From contig OY969474.1 of NCBI GenBank assembly GCA_963700145.1, positions 3,200,001 to 3,264,000 of the forward strand: DNA of 64,000 nucleotides. The letters are read 5' to 3'. The DNA is from an uncultured Acidobacteriota bacterium (lineage in GTDB: Bacteria > Acidobacteriota > Thermoanaerobaculia > Multivoradales > UBA5704). Positions 9,101 through 17,016 of this stretch are shown here, in pieces. Each line of letters begins with the position of its first letter. Position 1 is the stretch's first letter. The notes beneath the pieces were generated by a model. That model did no database searches. It was not told where the DNA came from and was given only the letters and a program-made list of their open reading frames with translations. A program made the translations under genes and the position numbers.

Positions 9101-9379
9101 CGACTCAGGGACCTCCCGATTCCGAAGGTGGACCACAGTGAGAAGTGGGAACGAGCGGCTCACGCTAAGGTGATCGACAATGTGGGGAAGCTGCTGGACG
9201 GCAGCGCACGCCTGGGAGGTCCGGAGGACCGCGAAGTGGAGAGCGACTTGAGGAAGCTGTGGCGTGTTTCGCCAGAAGATGGCGCATACCTCCACAGGGA
9301 ATTGGCAGGTCTACCCGATAGCCGCATTCTCTCCGGTTTATTCCCTGACGGGCGACCAGGAGCGCCGGCTGGCAGTTAG
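6185..9379 (+). CDS. Type IIG (Eco57I-like) restriction endonuclease/N6-adenine methyltransferase
   Basis: PDFALG...ILELK (PD-ExK), GIYYT, IIDFACGSGAFL (motif I), GNPPW (motif IV), TaqI-C-like PKILIRQ; lower GC than flanks. Confidence 0.9.
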   Translation: MECYRMQYSLFDGSGEGLLFGHVVLRRYLDDHRVTAIPGLDATGAIIRDWIKAVRGTSVSKETSLEQKFGHDILGGALGYRLWPPSPGATATAWPKPPSSETEISGEPDFALGAFDSDQRAFAAILELKSPGTDLDAPQSRSDHRTPVEQAFHYAHQLLGVQWVLVSDMIQIRLYSVESAREFERFALDFDGQLSQSTTIDKLRRLVLLLHHDYLISGGNDSPVARLHRKSASRQLQIRQGFYRVYFEIRRDLFHSIREAVSQGGVEVTRNELLEATQRLLDRLMFIYYCEDHPQKLLPDGLIERITAAARQLPGRSDRRVFDQLKELFHEIDSGSPYASGAQVPGYNGELFKRHPVIDSISLPDALHDRVYDAVDPDGRVRQVRGAWGLHVYDFWSELNEHLLGHIFQESLSDLVSLAAGHDVSLADKLHERKRKGIYYTDRLLSDFASSSAIKALLGEFPTIAPEASSLELVDHLEGRLQQIATLRIIDFACGSGAFLVSAYHELLNETWRNRDLLEVLRAQSNRGQLPLQPADIGLTQARVLRECLFGVDLLPQAVEIAKLALWLRSARKGEKVADLGSNLIAADSLDVDTLSRLIGENRGSFDLVIGNPPWGGEVDSSSHSRIASWLGIDTDYDWDSWELFVLVGMRALREGGRLALLVPDSFLYPEKQRLRQILLESATVEKVYSLGPDWFGSSVRMSTVFLQVRNGKQMAHSIRGLLLAGPLRLKAIKGEVPLQQIEARLSRDLPYERSLSPGYPIEVFRGGRDDKLLAQMEDGGIPLRELCDHFRGEEMSKFGLVWVCPGCLSPNTPGEKSKGGGFDSKTCSFCDLSLSPDTVQALRLVRESREGPSYDPFIDGDDITHRYQRVENSKWLWLGLEGWKYKKAAIYAAPKILIRQAGIGVLATYDESGARCPQSVYVYRLKERWAKVGYRHEFVLGALLSRTMAYYIFKRFGEVDPAKAHAKLTHERLRDLPIPKVDHSEKWERAAHAKVIDNVGKLLDGSARLGGPEDREVESDLRKLWRVSPEDGAYLHRELAGLPDSRILSGLFPDGRPGAPAGS

Positions 9380-9504
9380 CTCCTAGCCGCGACCGGCACC
9401 GGTTTGCGGCCGAAGGTCTCGAAGGGTTCGGCGAGATGCCCTGACGCTGTACGAGACCGTCAGTATTAATTGACACAGCTTAGGAGTGCACCTAATCTAG
9501 GTCC

Positions 9505-10404
9505 GTGAGCGATATCCGCGACGTGTTCATCTGCCACGCCTCCGCTGATAAGGAGGAGGTCGTTTATCCTCTCGTGAAGCTACTCGAGGCGGGGGGTGTC
9601 TCGTGCTGGTTGGATGAGGCAGAGATTGCCTGGGGAGATAGCGTCACGCAGAAGGTCAACGACGGCCTGCGAACCTCACGACTCGTTATAGTCGTCTTGA
9701 GCCCAAACTTTGCGCGACACTGGCCACAGCGCGAACTCTACTCAGCCCTAGAATTGGAAGCCTCGTCAGGCGCTGTGAGGGTTCTGCCGCTCTTGACGGG
9801 ACCTGCCCAACACCGATCGGAAGTCATAGACCGTTATCCTCTCCTACGCGACAAACTATATTTGCTTTGGCCCGGGGGTCAGGAGAGGATAGTACCGGAG
9901 ATACGGAGGCGATTGGGAGCAGATCGAGATCCAGGCCAGCCAGCTCCACCTCCGGTGCCGAAGCGATTCGACATCCCGATTCCACAGGTGAGAACGGAGC
10001 CGAGCCAGCTGGATCGAGACCGATTCGCGCAGGAGGGGTTCGAGACGGTGAAGGCCTACTTCGCAGACGCCCTCCAAGAGCTCCGCGCCGCGAACCCAGC
10101 GGTACAAACAGATTTCTTGGAGGTGCATGCGCGGAAGTTTGTGGCGAAAGCATATGCGGGAGGTGATTTAAAGGCGCAGTGCAAGATTTGGTTGGGCGGG
10201 CCGTTCAATGACGTTCAGATTTCTTACAGCGCAGACGCCAGAGATGTTGATCGTGATAATGCATACAATGACTGGCTTTCTCTGAAAGCAGGTAGCTTAG
10301 CCTGGGAACCTAGTATGCCGCCGTACGGCAGTGAGCGCGGGCCTTTCGATCATGAGGGCGCTGCTGCCTACTTGTGGGAACGGTTCATCGAAGGACTGCG
10401 ATAA
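9505..10404 (+). CDS. TIR domain protein
   Basis: DVFICHASADKE...CWLDEAEIAWGDS...IVVLSPNF..WPQREL (TIR_2 with the conserved Glu). Confidence 0.9.
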   Translation: MSDIRDVFICHASADKEEVVYPLVKLLEAGGVSCWLDEAEIAWGDSVTQKVNDGLRTSRLVIVVLSPNFARHWPQRELYSALELEASSGAVRVLPLLTGPAQHRSEVIDRYPLLRDKLYLLWPGGQERIVPEIRRRLGADRDPGQPAPPPVPKRFDIPIPQVRTEPSQLDRDRFAQEGFETVKAYFADALQELRAANPAVQTDFLEVHARKFVAKAYAGGDLKAQCKIWLGGPFNDVQISYSADARDVDRDNAYNDWLSLKAGSLAWEPSMPPYGSERGPFDHEGAAAYLWERFIEGLR

Positions 10405-10417
10405 AGGAGTACGTTCG

Positions 10418-10564
10418 ATGGAGAAGAGACGATTCCATTGCCGGCACTGCGGGTGTAAGTTCGAAAAGGATGTTTTTGAACCCGGAGAGGCGGAGGACAA
10501 GAACCTTCCGAGTGGGCCAGTCCGCTGTCCCGAGTGTGGTAGCACGGACGTTGAGCGACGGTAA
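10418..10564 (+). CDS. Small zinc-ribbon protein
   Basis: AAGGAG RBS; CRHC...CPEC; 48 aa. Confidence 0.75.
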   Translation: MEKRRFHCRHCGCKFEKDVFEPGEAEDKNLPSGPVRCPECGSTDVERR

Positions 10565-10627
10565 TCGACTAGAGAATCCCTACCGCTCCTCGCCTGTACC
10601 CACCGCAGCTCTTTAGCTTGGTTCAGC

Positions 10628-11224
10628 TCAACCCGGCGGGCGGCGGTTACGACGTCGTGAGCGTCGAGCGAGCGGGGATCGGGCACCCCGAGCGGTCGGA
10701 GCGACCGCGAGTAGCTCCCTGGCCAGTTGCGCGGGCGCGGCGATCTTGTGTCTGGCGTAGAGCGCCTTGGGGTCGGTTTCGCCCTGCTGCTGGGCGATCC
10801 GCTTGAGCCGGTCCCAGGGGTCCTCTGCCGGTCTGGGCGCGGTTCGCAGAAGCCATACTTGTGCTTGGTGCCCGTGCTTCCGCTTAGCGATCCAGGGGAG
10901 GTAGGCCAGCACCAAACCGGTCGCCTTGATGGGGTCATCCCCTGCTGCATCGGCTACCACGAGGGTCAGCTTGGTCTGGATCAGCACCGCCAGCTCTCGC
11001 TCCTGCAAGAGCATTGAGTTGTCGGTCGTCACCAAGCCATCGCACGCAGGGGACTCGCGGCTGAGCACGACGAGCAGTTGCCAGTCGTCCAAAGTTGGCA
11101 GCCGCGGGTGGATGTCCCCGATCGCCACAAGGTCCGCCTCGACGATGTAGTCGCGGAGAGCTGCGACAATCGGAGCGGGGAAGTTCTGATCGAGAGCGAA
11201 GCGCGGGCGCCGAGGCAGGCTCAC
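10628..11224 (-). CDS. PIN-like domain toxin (VapC45/DUF5615-like)
   Basis: RFALDQNFP...DDWQLL...LVTTD; overlaps the upstream DUF433 gene. Confidence 0.7.
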   Translation of the reverse strand: MSLPRRPRFALDQNFPAPIVAALRDYIVEADLVAIGDIHPRLPTLDDWQLLVVLSRESPACDGLVTTDNSMLLQERELAVLIQTKLTLVVADAAGDDPIKATGLVLAYLPWIAKRKHGHQAQVWLLRTAPRPAEDPWDRLKRIAQQQGETDPKALYARHKIAAPAQLARELLAVAPTARGARSPLARRSRRRNRRPPG

Positions 11225-11883
11225 GCGGCCCTGCGGAGGTTGCTGGCGAGCTGCTGCTCCAGATCCAGCGCCTCTTCGATCGCCTCGCTGGTGACCGCCG
11301 GATAGAGAATGCCGATGCGATCGGCCGAGTAGCCGCGGGTCGCCAAGGCGGCCAGGGCCCGCGTTTCGATGCGGGTTCCCTCCACGTGTGGAGAGCCCGC
11401 CAACTTCAGCGGGAGAATCCGCAGGTGCTGGCGCGGCGACTGGAGATCCGGCCCACGCAGCCCTTCCGCGGTCTTGAAGGGCGCCACCACGTCCAGGAGG
11501 TCCCGCGAGACCGTCTGCCCGGTAGGAGTCTGCAGGGCAAGGCCCGGCGGATCCAGGAGGACGTTGCCGCTCCGATCGATGACCACTAGCGGCCGCCCAT
11601 TTTCAAACAGCTCGAGGTCGAGAGCGCGCAACGCTTCCAGCGAGCGTCGAACTGCCGGCATCGTGCTCGAAGGGATCTCCTGGCCGTCGCTCGTGCGCTT
11701 GGGCTGCCGCAGCCAGTAAATCGTTCGCAACGCCAGCAAGTCGGTGTAGGACCAGAGCTTGACGCGCTCGGGCGAGATGGAGGGCACCAAATGCCCCTTC
11801 CGCGCCCAATAGTGGACGGTCGACTTCGGCACACCGGAGAGGGCGGCTGCCCGGTCGGCGGTGTAGGCCCCGGCGCGATCCAT
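11221..11883 (-). CDS. MerR-like HTH + DUF433 antitoxin (VapB45-like)
   Basis: YTADRAAALSGVPKSTVHYW and C-terminal GSPHVEGTRIET...YPAVTSEAIEEALDLE. Confidence 0.85.
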   Translation of the reverse strand: MDRAGAYTADRAAALSGVPKSTVHYWARKGHLVPSISPERVKLWSYTDLLALRTIYWLRQPKRTSDGQEIPSSTMPAVRRSLEALRALDLELFENGRPLVVIDRSGNVLLDPPGLALQTPTGQTVSRDLLDVVAPFKTAEGLRGPDLQSPRQHLRILPLKLAGSPHVEGTRIETRALAALATRGYSADRIGILYPAVTSEAIEEALDLEQQLASNLRRAA

Positions 11884-11926
11884 GGGTGCAGTATACGTGG
11901 GCGCGAGCTTGATCCTCACCTTCTTG

Positions 11927-12211
11927 CTACACAGCTCGAATCGTGAGCTGCCCCGCCCGGACCTCGATCTCGTAGTGCTGGCCGCGGTCGAAGCCGGCGT
12001 GCTGGAGCCAGTCGCCGGAGATGCGGAGGTCCGGGACCACGCGGCGGTAGCCGCGGCTGCGGCAGCAGATCGTGCCGAAGCGGTGGCCTTTCGCGCGGGC
12101 GGCCGCGGCGCGGGCGAGCTTGCGCTCGCGCCACTTGTCGGGCTGAGGGAGCTGGTCGGGTTGGGGGGCGGAGAAATCCGGCGACGTAGAATGACTGGCA
12201 CGTCCACGCAT
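11927..12211 (-). CDS. symE: SymE family type I toxin
   Basis: VPDLRISGDWLQHAGFDRGQHYEIEVRAGQLTIR is the SymE signature. Confidence 0.8.
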   Translation of the reverse strand: MRGRASHSTSPDFSAPQPDQLPQPDKWRERKLARAAAARAKGHRFGTICCRSRGYRRVVPDLRISGDWLQHAGFDRGQHYEIEVRAGQLTIRAV

Positions 12212-12322
12212 GAGGTGACTCTCCTGTGTGGGCCAGGGCCGGCAGAGGCTCCACCCTCTGCCGCGCCCGCTTATCGTTCTCGGCCCGGAGCGACCGGGCC
12301 GGCTGCACGCGCTACGGGTCTC

Positions 12323-12351
12323 ACTCTACTTACGCCTGCGTTGCGGGTCAA
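12323..12351 (-). promoter_or_regulatory. Sigma70-type promoter for symE
   Basis: Minus strand TTGACC, 17 bp spacer, TAGAGT. Confidence 0.55.
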
Positions 12352-12377
12352 GGGGAAGGGGTGTACGCTGCTCTTCG

Positions 12378-12635
12378 ATGACGTGGCAGGAGATTCGTAG
12401 CCACTACCCCCACCAGTGGTTGGTCGTCGAAGCCCTGGAGGCTCGTTCCGAGCAGGGGAGGCGGGAGCTCGACGATCTGGCCGTCGTCGACGCGCTGAGT
12501 GACGGAGAGACCGCCTTTCGCGCCTACTTGAAGCTCCATCGCGGCGCGCCGGAGCGCGAGCTCTACGTGCTTCACACCGACCGCGAGGAACCGGACATCA
12601 CCGAGCGGACCTGGCTGGGCCTCCGCACCGCCTGA
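12378..12635 (+). CDS. Small hypothetical protein (DUF5678-like partner of aspartyl proteases)
   Basis: MTWQEIRSHYPHQWLVVEAL; TGATG coupling to the next gene. Confidence 0.7.
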   Translation: MTWQEIRSHYPHQWLVVEALEARSEQGRRELDDLAVVDALSDGETAFRAYLKLHRGAPERELYVLHTDREEPDITERTWLGLRTA

Positions 12636-13066
12636 TGAAGATCCGCCTCGAGCGCGGCCTGGCTTACGTCGAGGCCACGCTGACCTATGGCGGCCGCAGT
12701 CTGCAGATCGCGGACGTCATCCTGGACACAGGCTCCGCGGGGACCATCTTTTCGGCCGATCGGCTGTTCGAGATCGGGGTCGCACCCGAGGGAACCGATC
12801 CGCTGCGGCGCATCCGCGGGATCGGTGGGGTGGAGCTGGTGTTCATGAAGCGGTTGGAGCGGTTGGCGGTCGGCGAGCTCGAGGTTCCTGACTTCGAGAT
12901 CGAGGTGGGTGCGATGGACTATGGCTTTCCGGCGGATGGGATCCTCGGGCTCAATTTCCTCGTCGCGGCAGGCGCGCTCATTGATTTCCGTCGTCTCGAG
13001 CTTGGCGGGGCGACGGGCCCATCCAGCATGAGTGACAAGCCGAAGCCCGAGGTTGCACAAAACTAA
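12635..13066 (+). CDS. Retropepsin-like aspartyl protease
   Basis: ILDTGS and GILGLNFL motifs. Confidence 0.85.
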   Translation: MKIRLERGLAYVEATLTYGGRSLQIADVILDTGSAGTIFSADRLFEIGVAPEGTDPLRRIRGIGGVELVFMKRLERLAVGELEVPDFEIEVGAMDYGFPADGILGLNFLVAAGALIDFRRLELGGATGPSSMSDKPKPEVAQN

Positions 13067-13087
13067 AGCCTGGCTTAAGGTTTGTGC
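13055..13087. promoter_or_regulatory. Inverted-repeat operator upstream of abiEi
   Basis: GCACAAAACTAAAGCC / GGCTTAAGGTTTGTGC (14 of 16 complementary), immediately before the ATG. Confidence 0.55.
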
Positions 13088-13090
13088 GCC

Positions 13091-13663
13091 ATGGCCGTCC
13101 CCGACTGGGATGCTCTGTTCGAGGTCGCGCAAGCGCAGGCCGGCTACTTCACAACCCGGCAAGCAGCCGCCACGGGCTACTCGCCGCAGCTGCTCGCCTA
13201 TCTCGGCAGCAAGAAGGTCGCCCGCATCCGGAGGGGCATCTATCGCCTCGTGCACTTCCCGGCCAGCGACCACGAGGACCTCGTCGTCCTCTGGCTCTGG
13301 AGTGAGCAGGCCGGCGTGTTCTCTCACGAGACGGCGCTGGCGCTCCACGACCTCTCCGACGTGCTTCCCGGCAAGGTCCATCTGACGCTGCCCGCGGCCT
13401 GGCGCCGGCGACGCCTCCGCGTTCCGGCGGGCCTCGTGCTCCATTTCGCCGACGTCGGCGACGCCGACCGCGCGAGCTTCTCAGCCGTGCCCGTGACAGC
13501 CCCGCTCCGAGCTCTCAGAGACTGCATCGAGGCCAACGTCGCTCCGAGCCTCGTCCGGCAGGCGATCCTCCAGGCGCGGCGGCGGGGTCTCATCACGGCG
13601 AGGGAGGAAGCTCGCCTCGCGGCAGAGCTCGGCGACCAGAAGGGCGCGGCGGTCGCGCGATGA
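13091..13663 (+). CDS. Type IV TA antitoxin, AbiEi family
   Basis: AQAQAGYFTTRQA...RIRRGIYRL...FSHETALALHDLSD...VPVTAPLRALRD. Confidence 0.9.
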   Translation: MAVPDWDALFEVAQAQAGYFTTRQAAATGYSPQLLAYLGSKKVARIRRGIYRLVHFPASDHEDLVVLWLWSEQAGVFSHETALALHDLSDVLPGKVHLTLPAAWRRRRLRVPAGLVLHFADVGDADRASFSAVPVTAPLRALRDCIEANVAPSLVRQAILQARRRGLITAREEARLAAELGDQKGAAVAR

Positions 13664-14568
13664 CCGCGCGCCAGTACGCGACGCCCCTGGCCTTCAAGCA
13701 GGCGCTGGAGCAGCGGCTCAGGTCCGCGTCGACCACGGGGGCGGACTTCGCGCGCCGTCGCCAGCTGCTCGTCTTCGATCGGTTTCTCGCACGCCTGACC
13801 CAGGTCGCCAGCGATGCGGTCATCCTCAAAGGCGGGCTGGTTCTCGAGCTGCGCCTCGCCCGGGCTCGGACGACGAAGGACGTCGATCTGCACATGATGG
13901 GTTCGTCCGGCGACGTGCTCGAGCGCCTCCAGGAAGCCGGGCGGCTCGACCTCGGCGATCACATGCGGTTCGAGGTTCAGCCGGACAGGGAGCACCCGGA
14001 CATCCAGAACGAAGGGATGCGTTACGAGGGCTTCCGCTACCGCGCCGAGTGCCGGCTGGCCGGGATGATCTACGGCCGTCCGTTTCGGCGTCGACGTGGC
14101 CTTTGGTGACCCGCTCGTAGGCGAGCCTGACGTCGTCATTGCCGACGACATTCTCGGCTTCGCCGGGATCGCTCCTCCATCGCTGCGGCTTTATCCCGTC
14201 GTCTCGCATGTCGCCGAGAAGCTGCACGCGCTGACGTGCCCCGAGCGAGGCCGAACACGCGAGTGCGCGATCTCCCCGACCTTGCGCTCCTGGCCACGAC
14301 CGGACCGATCGAGGGGGCTGCGCTTCGCCGGGCCATCGAGAAGACATTCGAGTTCCGCGGCACTCATCCGGTGCCGGTTGCGGTTCCGCCGCCTCCCGAG
14401 TTCTGGGAAGCCCCGTACGCCGCGATGGCTACGGGCGACGAGCTGATTTGGAGGACCCTGGCGGAAGTGACGCAGGCGGTGACGAGCTTCCTGGATCCCG
14501 TCCTCGCGTCAACCGACTGCGGCTCCTGGCAACCTGCCGCGTGGACTTGGAACGGCGTGGTGCCCTGA
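13660..14568 (+). pseudogene. AbiEii nucleotidyltransferase toxin with two frameshifts
   Basis: ILKGG..RTTKDVD in frame 1; AEKLHA in a shifted frame (shift near 14083); NTRVRDLPD after a second shift (near 14236). Confidence 0.8.
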
Positions 14569-14583
14569 TGGGAGCTTCGGGGA

Positions 14584-14601
14584 CGCATACGGGATTCGAA
14601 C
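14584..14601 (-). repeat. 18-bp copy of the tRNA-Glu 3' region (att-like)
   Basis: CGCATACGGGATTCGAAC is identical to 33838-33855. Confidence 0.8.
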
Positions 14602-14622
14602 TCTGAGCCGAGCTGCTGAAAG

Positions 14623-14654
14623 AACGTCGGCACTTGACAGTAAGTGCCGACGTT
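14623..14654. repeat. 13-bp perfect inverted repeat next to the att-like site
   Basis: AACGTCGGCACTT-GACAGT-AAGTGCCGACGTT. Confidence 0.7.
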
Positions 14655-14871
14655 TGGCGATCTCGGCGCCCTCGCTCAATACGCACACGACGTCATCGTG
14701 AAGAAGGTCTGATCGACGCCGCCACCCAGGCGGTCCGCTACAATTCCTCGGCATTTAGCCATGAATGCCAAGGTATCGTGACAGGTAGCACTCCCCCCGA
14801 CCGCGCCCTCGAGCTTCTCGAGCGGTCCTTGACGAACGTCGCCGCGTCCGTACGGGCGCGCCTGCTCCAGC

Positions 14872-15429
14872 TCAGGCGTCAGCGGAGTCTGGGGCCAGCC
14901 ACCCTTCTTCGCGGAGTCGTTCCATGGCCGTCTGGATCTGGCCACGACTGAACTGCCGTTTGGTCGGTCCCCAGGCGTAGGTCGCCTCGGCCACGGATTC
15001 TTCGCCGGCGGCGTCTTCCTCGGCTACGACCCAGTGGACGGTCGCCAGCAGCTCCATCCCGAAGGGAGTCTCGAATCCCTCGACTAGACGAGCCACTCGA
15101 TCAAACCGTTTAAGCGTCTCTGGGTGCTCCTCCAGGAATCGCTCGGCCTCGGGGACTGCCCCCGGGACGAGCACCAGGTGCTTTCCAGGGGCGTCTCCAC
15201 CATCGGCGTAACCGGCCACGAGATGGCCCTCGATGTCGCGGATGACGTGACGTAGGTTCTCGGCGTACGGACCATATAGGCCCTTCTTGAACTGCAGCCG
15301 GAGAGGCTCGCCGGCGACCTGAAGGAAGTACATCAGCTTGTGGACTTCGAGCAGGGTGATGGCCGGGTCCATCAGACCCGCGAGGTAGCGGCCCATCAGG
15401 CTCACGAGGGCGGCACGACCCGCGGTCAT
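14872..15429 (-). CDS. C-terminal domain of a DarG-like antitoxin (macrodomain absent)
   Basis: MTAGRAALVSLMGRY...LLEVHKLMYFLQ..GEPLRL...YGPYAENLRH...GFETPFGMELLATVHWV. Confidence 0.75.
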   Translation of the reverse strand: MTAGRAALVSLMGRYLAGLMDPAITLLEVHKLMYFLQVAGEPLRLQFKKGLYGPYAENLRHVIRDIEGHLVAGYADGGDAPGKHLVLVPGAVPEAERFLEEHPETLKRFDRVARLVEGFETPFGMELLATVHWVVAEEDAAGEESVAEATYAWGPTKRQFSRGQIQTAMERLREEGWLAPDSADA

Positions 15430-15551
15430 GCGCGCTCCGGCGGCTCGGCGATGACGATGACTTCCGCCTCGCCCGCTGGACAGTCAGAAGGCAACGTCAC
15501 CTTGACCTCGTGATCCTCCGTGACTCTGGCTCTGGTCCGATGTGCTTGCAT
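15426..15551 (-). CDS. 41-aa antitoxin-like fragment
   Basis: MQAHRTRARVTEDHEVKVTLPSDCPAGEAEVIVIAEPPERA*, ATGA-coupled to the next gene; below the ORF-track cutoff. Confidence 0.45.
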   Translation of the reverse strand: MQAHRTRARVTEDHEVKVTLPSDCPAGEAEVIVIAEPPERA

Positions 15552-15576
15552 GACGTTCACCCGCGCCGCGGGGCTC

Positions 15577-16416
15577 TCAGTCGAAATCGAGGGACGTCGA
15601 GAGGTCCCGCTCGGCGTCGATCTGCGCCTTCAGGTCGGCGATCTTCTGCTCCGCGGTGGCGATGGCGTCGGCGCCGGCGATGAAGCGGCGCGGCGGCGGG
15701 TCTTGGCCCGCAATGGCGATGAGGGCTCGCGCGAGCTTCGCCGGGTCGCCGGATTGCTGGCCGTTCTGGGCTTTCCAGAACTCCAGCTGCTGCGCTCTGC
15801 GCTCGTCGTAGTCCTCGATGGACGGCTCGGCGTAGTTGGTCGATTGCTCCGTGAGGAGCTCCGTGCGGAAGAACCCCGGGTTGAGGATGGTGGTGGTGAT
15901 GCCGAACGGCGCGACCTCGGCGTGCAGCGACTCCATCCAGCCCTCGAGGCCGAACTTCGAGGCGGCGTACGCGCTGACGAACTCGAAGCCGGCGGCGAGG
16001 CCCGCTGAGGAGGAGATCGAGATGACGTGCCCCGAGCGCTGCCGGCGCATCACCGGCAGGACGGCGCGGGTGACGTTCATCGGGCCGATGAGGCTCGTCG
16101 CCAGCTGCCGCTCCATCTGCTCCGGCGTCAGCTCCTCGAAGTAGCCCGCGTAAAAGCTGGCGGCATTGTTGACCAGCACGTCGATGCGGCCGAACCGGTC
16201 GACAGCGGCCCGCACCGCCGCCTCGGCATCGGCGCGGCTGGTGACGTCGAGCTTGACGGCCAGCAGGTCGTCCGACGGTCCCAAGGCCTCGGACACGCGG
16301 CCGCTGTCCCGGCCCGAGGCCACAACCGCGTGGCCGGCCGCCAGGGCGGCCTTGGCGAAATCGGCGCCCATGCCGCGGCCGGCGCCGGTGATGAGCCAGA
16401 CCTTCTTGTTCGTCAT
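15577..16416 (-). CDS. SDR family oxidoreductase
   Basis: WLITGAGRGMG, VNNA and YAASK motifs. Confidence 0.95.
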   Translation of the reverse strand: MTNKKVWLITGAGRGMGADFAKAALAAGHAVVASGRDSGRVSEALGPSDDLLAVKLDVTSRADAEAAVRAAVDRFGRIDVLVNNAASFYAGYFEELTPEQMERQLATSLIGPMNVTRAVLPVMRRQRSGHVISISSSAGLAAGFEFVSAYAASKFGLEGWMESLHAEVAPFGITTTILNPGFFRTELLTEQSTNYAEPSIEDYDERRAQQLEFWKAQNGQQSGDPAKLARALIAIAGQDPPPRRFIAGADAIATAEQKIADLKAQIDAERDLSTSLDFD

Positions 16417-16439
16417 GGCATGCGGATCAGCGAACAGCA

Positions 16440-16685
16440 CTAGAGCTTTTCGCCCTTGGCCGATTGCCCGCGAAGCAGAAAGGTCCTGGGAAACTTGCCC
16501 TCACCGCAGATCTTGAAGGAGCCGAAGTCCTTGTACCAAGGGCCCTCCGGGGCCTCGGGCTCGGATTCTCTCCATTCCTTCAGCCGGTAGAGATCCTCTA
16601 CTGTGATCTTCCTTTCCCGGAGGCGGTCGAAGAGATGGTCGCGAAGCTGGGGAGGTAGCTGAGTCCACTGGATCTTCGGCATCAT
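16440..16685 (-). CDS. Hypothetical small protein (candidate toxin)
   Basis: 81 aa, basic; overlaps the stop codon of the RHH-like gene. Confidence 0.7.
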   Translation of the reverse strand: MMPKIQWTQLPPQLRDHLFDRLRERKITVEDLYRLKEWRESEPEAPEGPWYKDFGSFKICGEGKFPRTFLLRGQSAKGEKL

Positions 16686-16957
16686 TCACCGAAGGTCATG
16701 CGGGCCAGTTCCTCCTTGAGGCTCCGCTGCTCCTCCGGATCGCCGCTGCTCGCTAGGCGGTCGGCCAGCTCGAAGAAGCGTTGCCGCTCCTTCTCCCTTG
16801 CCTCGAGGCCGGACTCGATCAGCTCGACGAGGATGCGGTTGGCGCTGGTACGGCTGGAGTCGGCAAGCGCTTTGACGCGGCGAGCGACTTGCGGAGGGAG
16901 GCTGACGCTCTGACGGACTGTCGTCTTCGACCGAGCTGCCTGCGCCGTCCGCCTCAT
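16682..16957 (-). CDS. RHH/CopG-like DNA-binding protein (candidate antitoxin)
   Basis: VRQSVSLPPQVARRVKALA...SANRILVELIESGL. Confidence 0.7.
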   Translation of the reverse strand: MRRTAQAARSKTTVRQSVSLPPQVARRVKALADSSRTSANRILVELIESGLEAREKERQRFFELADRLASSGDPEEQRSLKEELARMTFGE

Positions 16958-16976
16958 GAGCCGAGGATACACCGAA

Positions 16977-16992
16977 GTGCACCATGGTGCAC
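16977..16992. promoter_or_regulatory. Perfect 16-bp palindrome, candidate operator
   Basis: GTGCACCATGGTGCAC, about 20 bp upstream of the RHH gene. Confidence 0.6.
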
Positions 16993-17016
16993 CAGGAGCG
17001 CCGTCCCCTCCGGGGA

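Noticed and set aside
14570-14660. Additional tRNA gene
   Set aside because: Only an 18-bp T-arm/acceptor fragment; no cloverleaf
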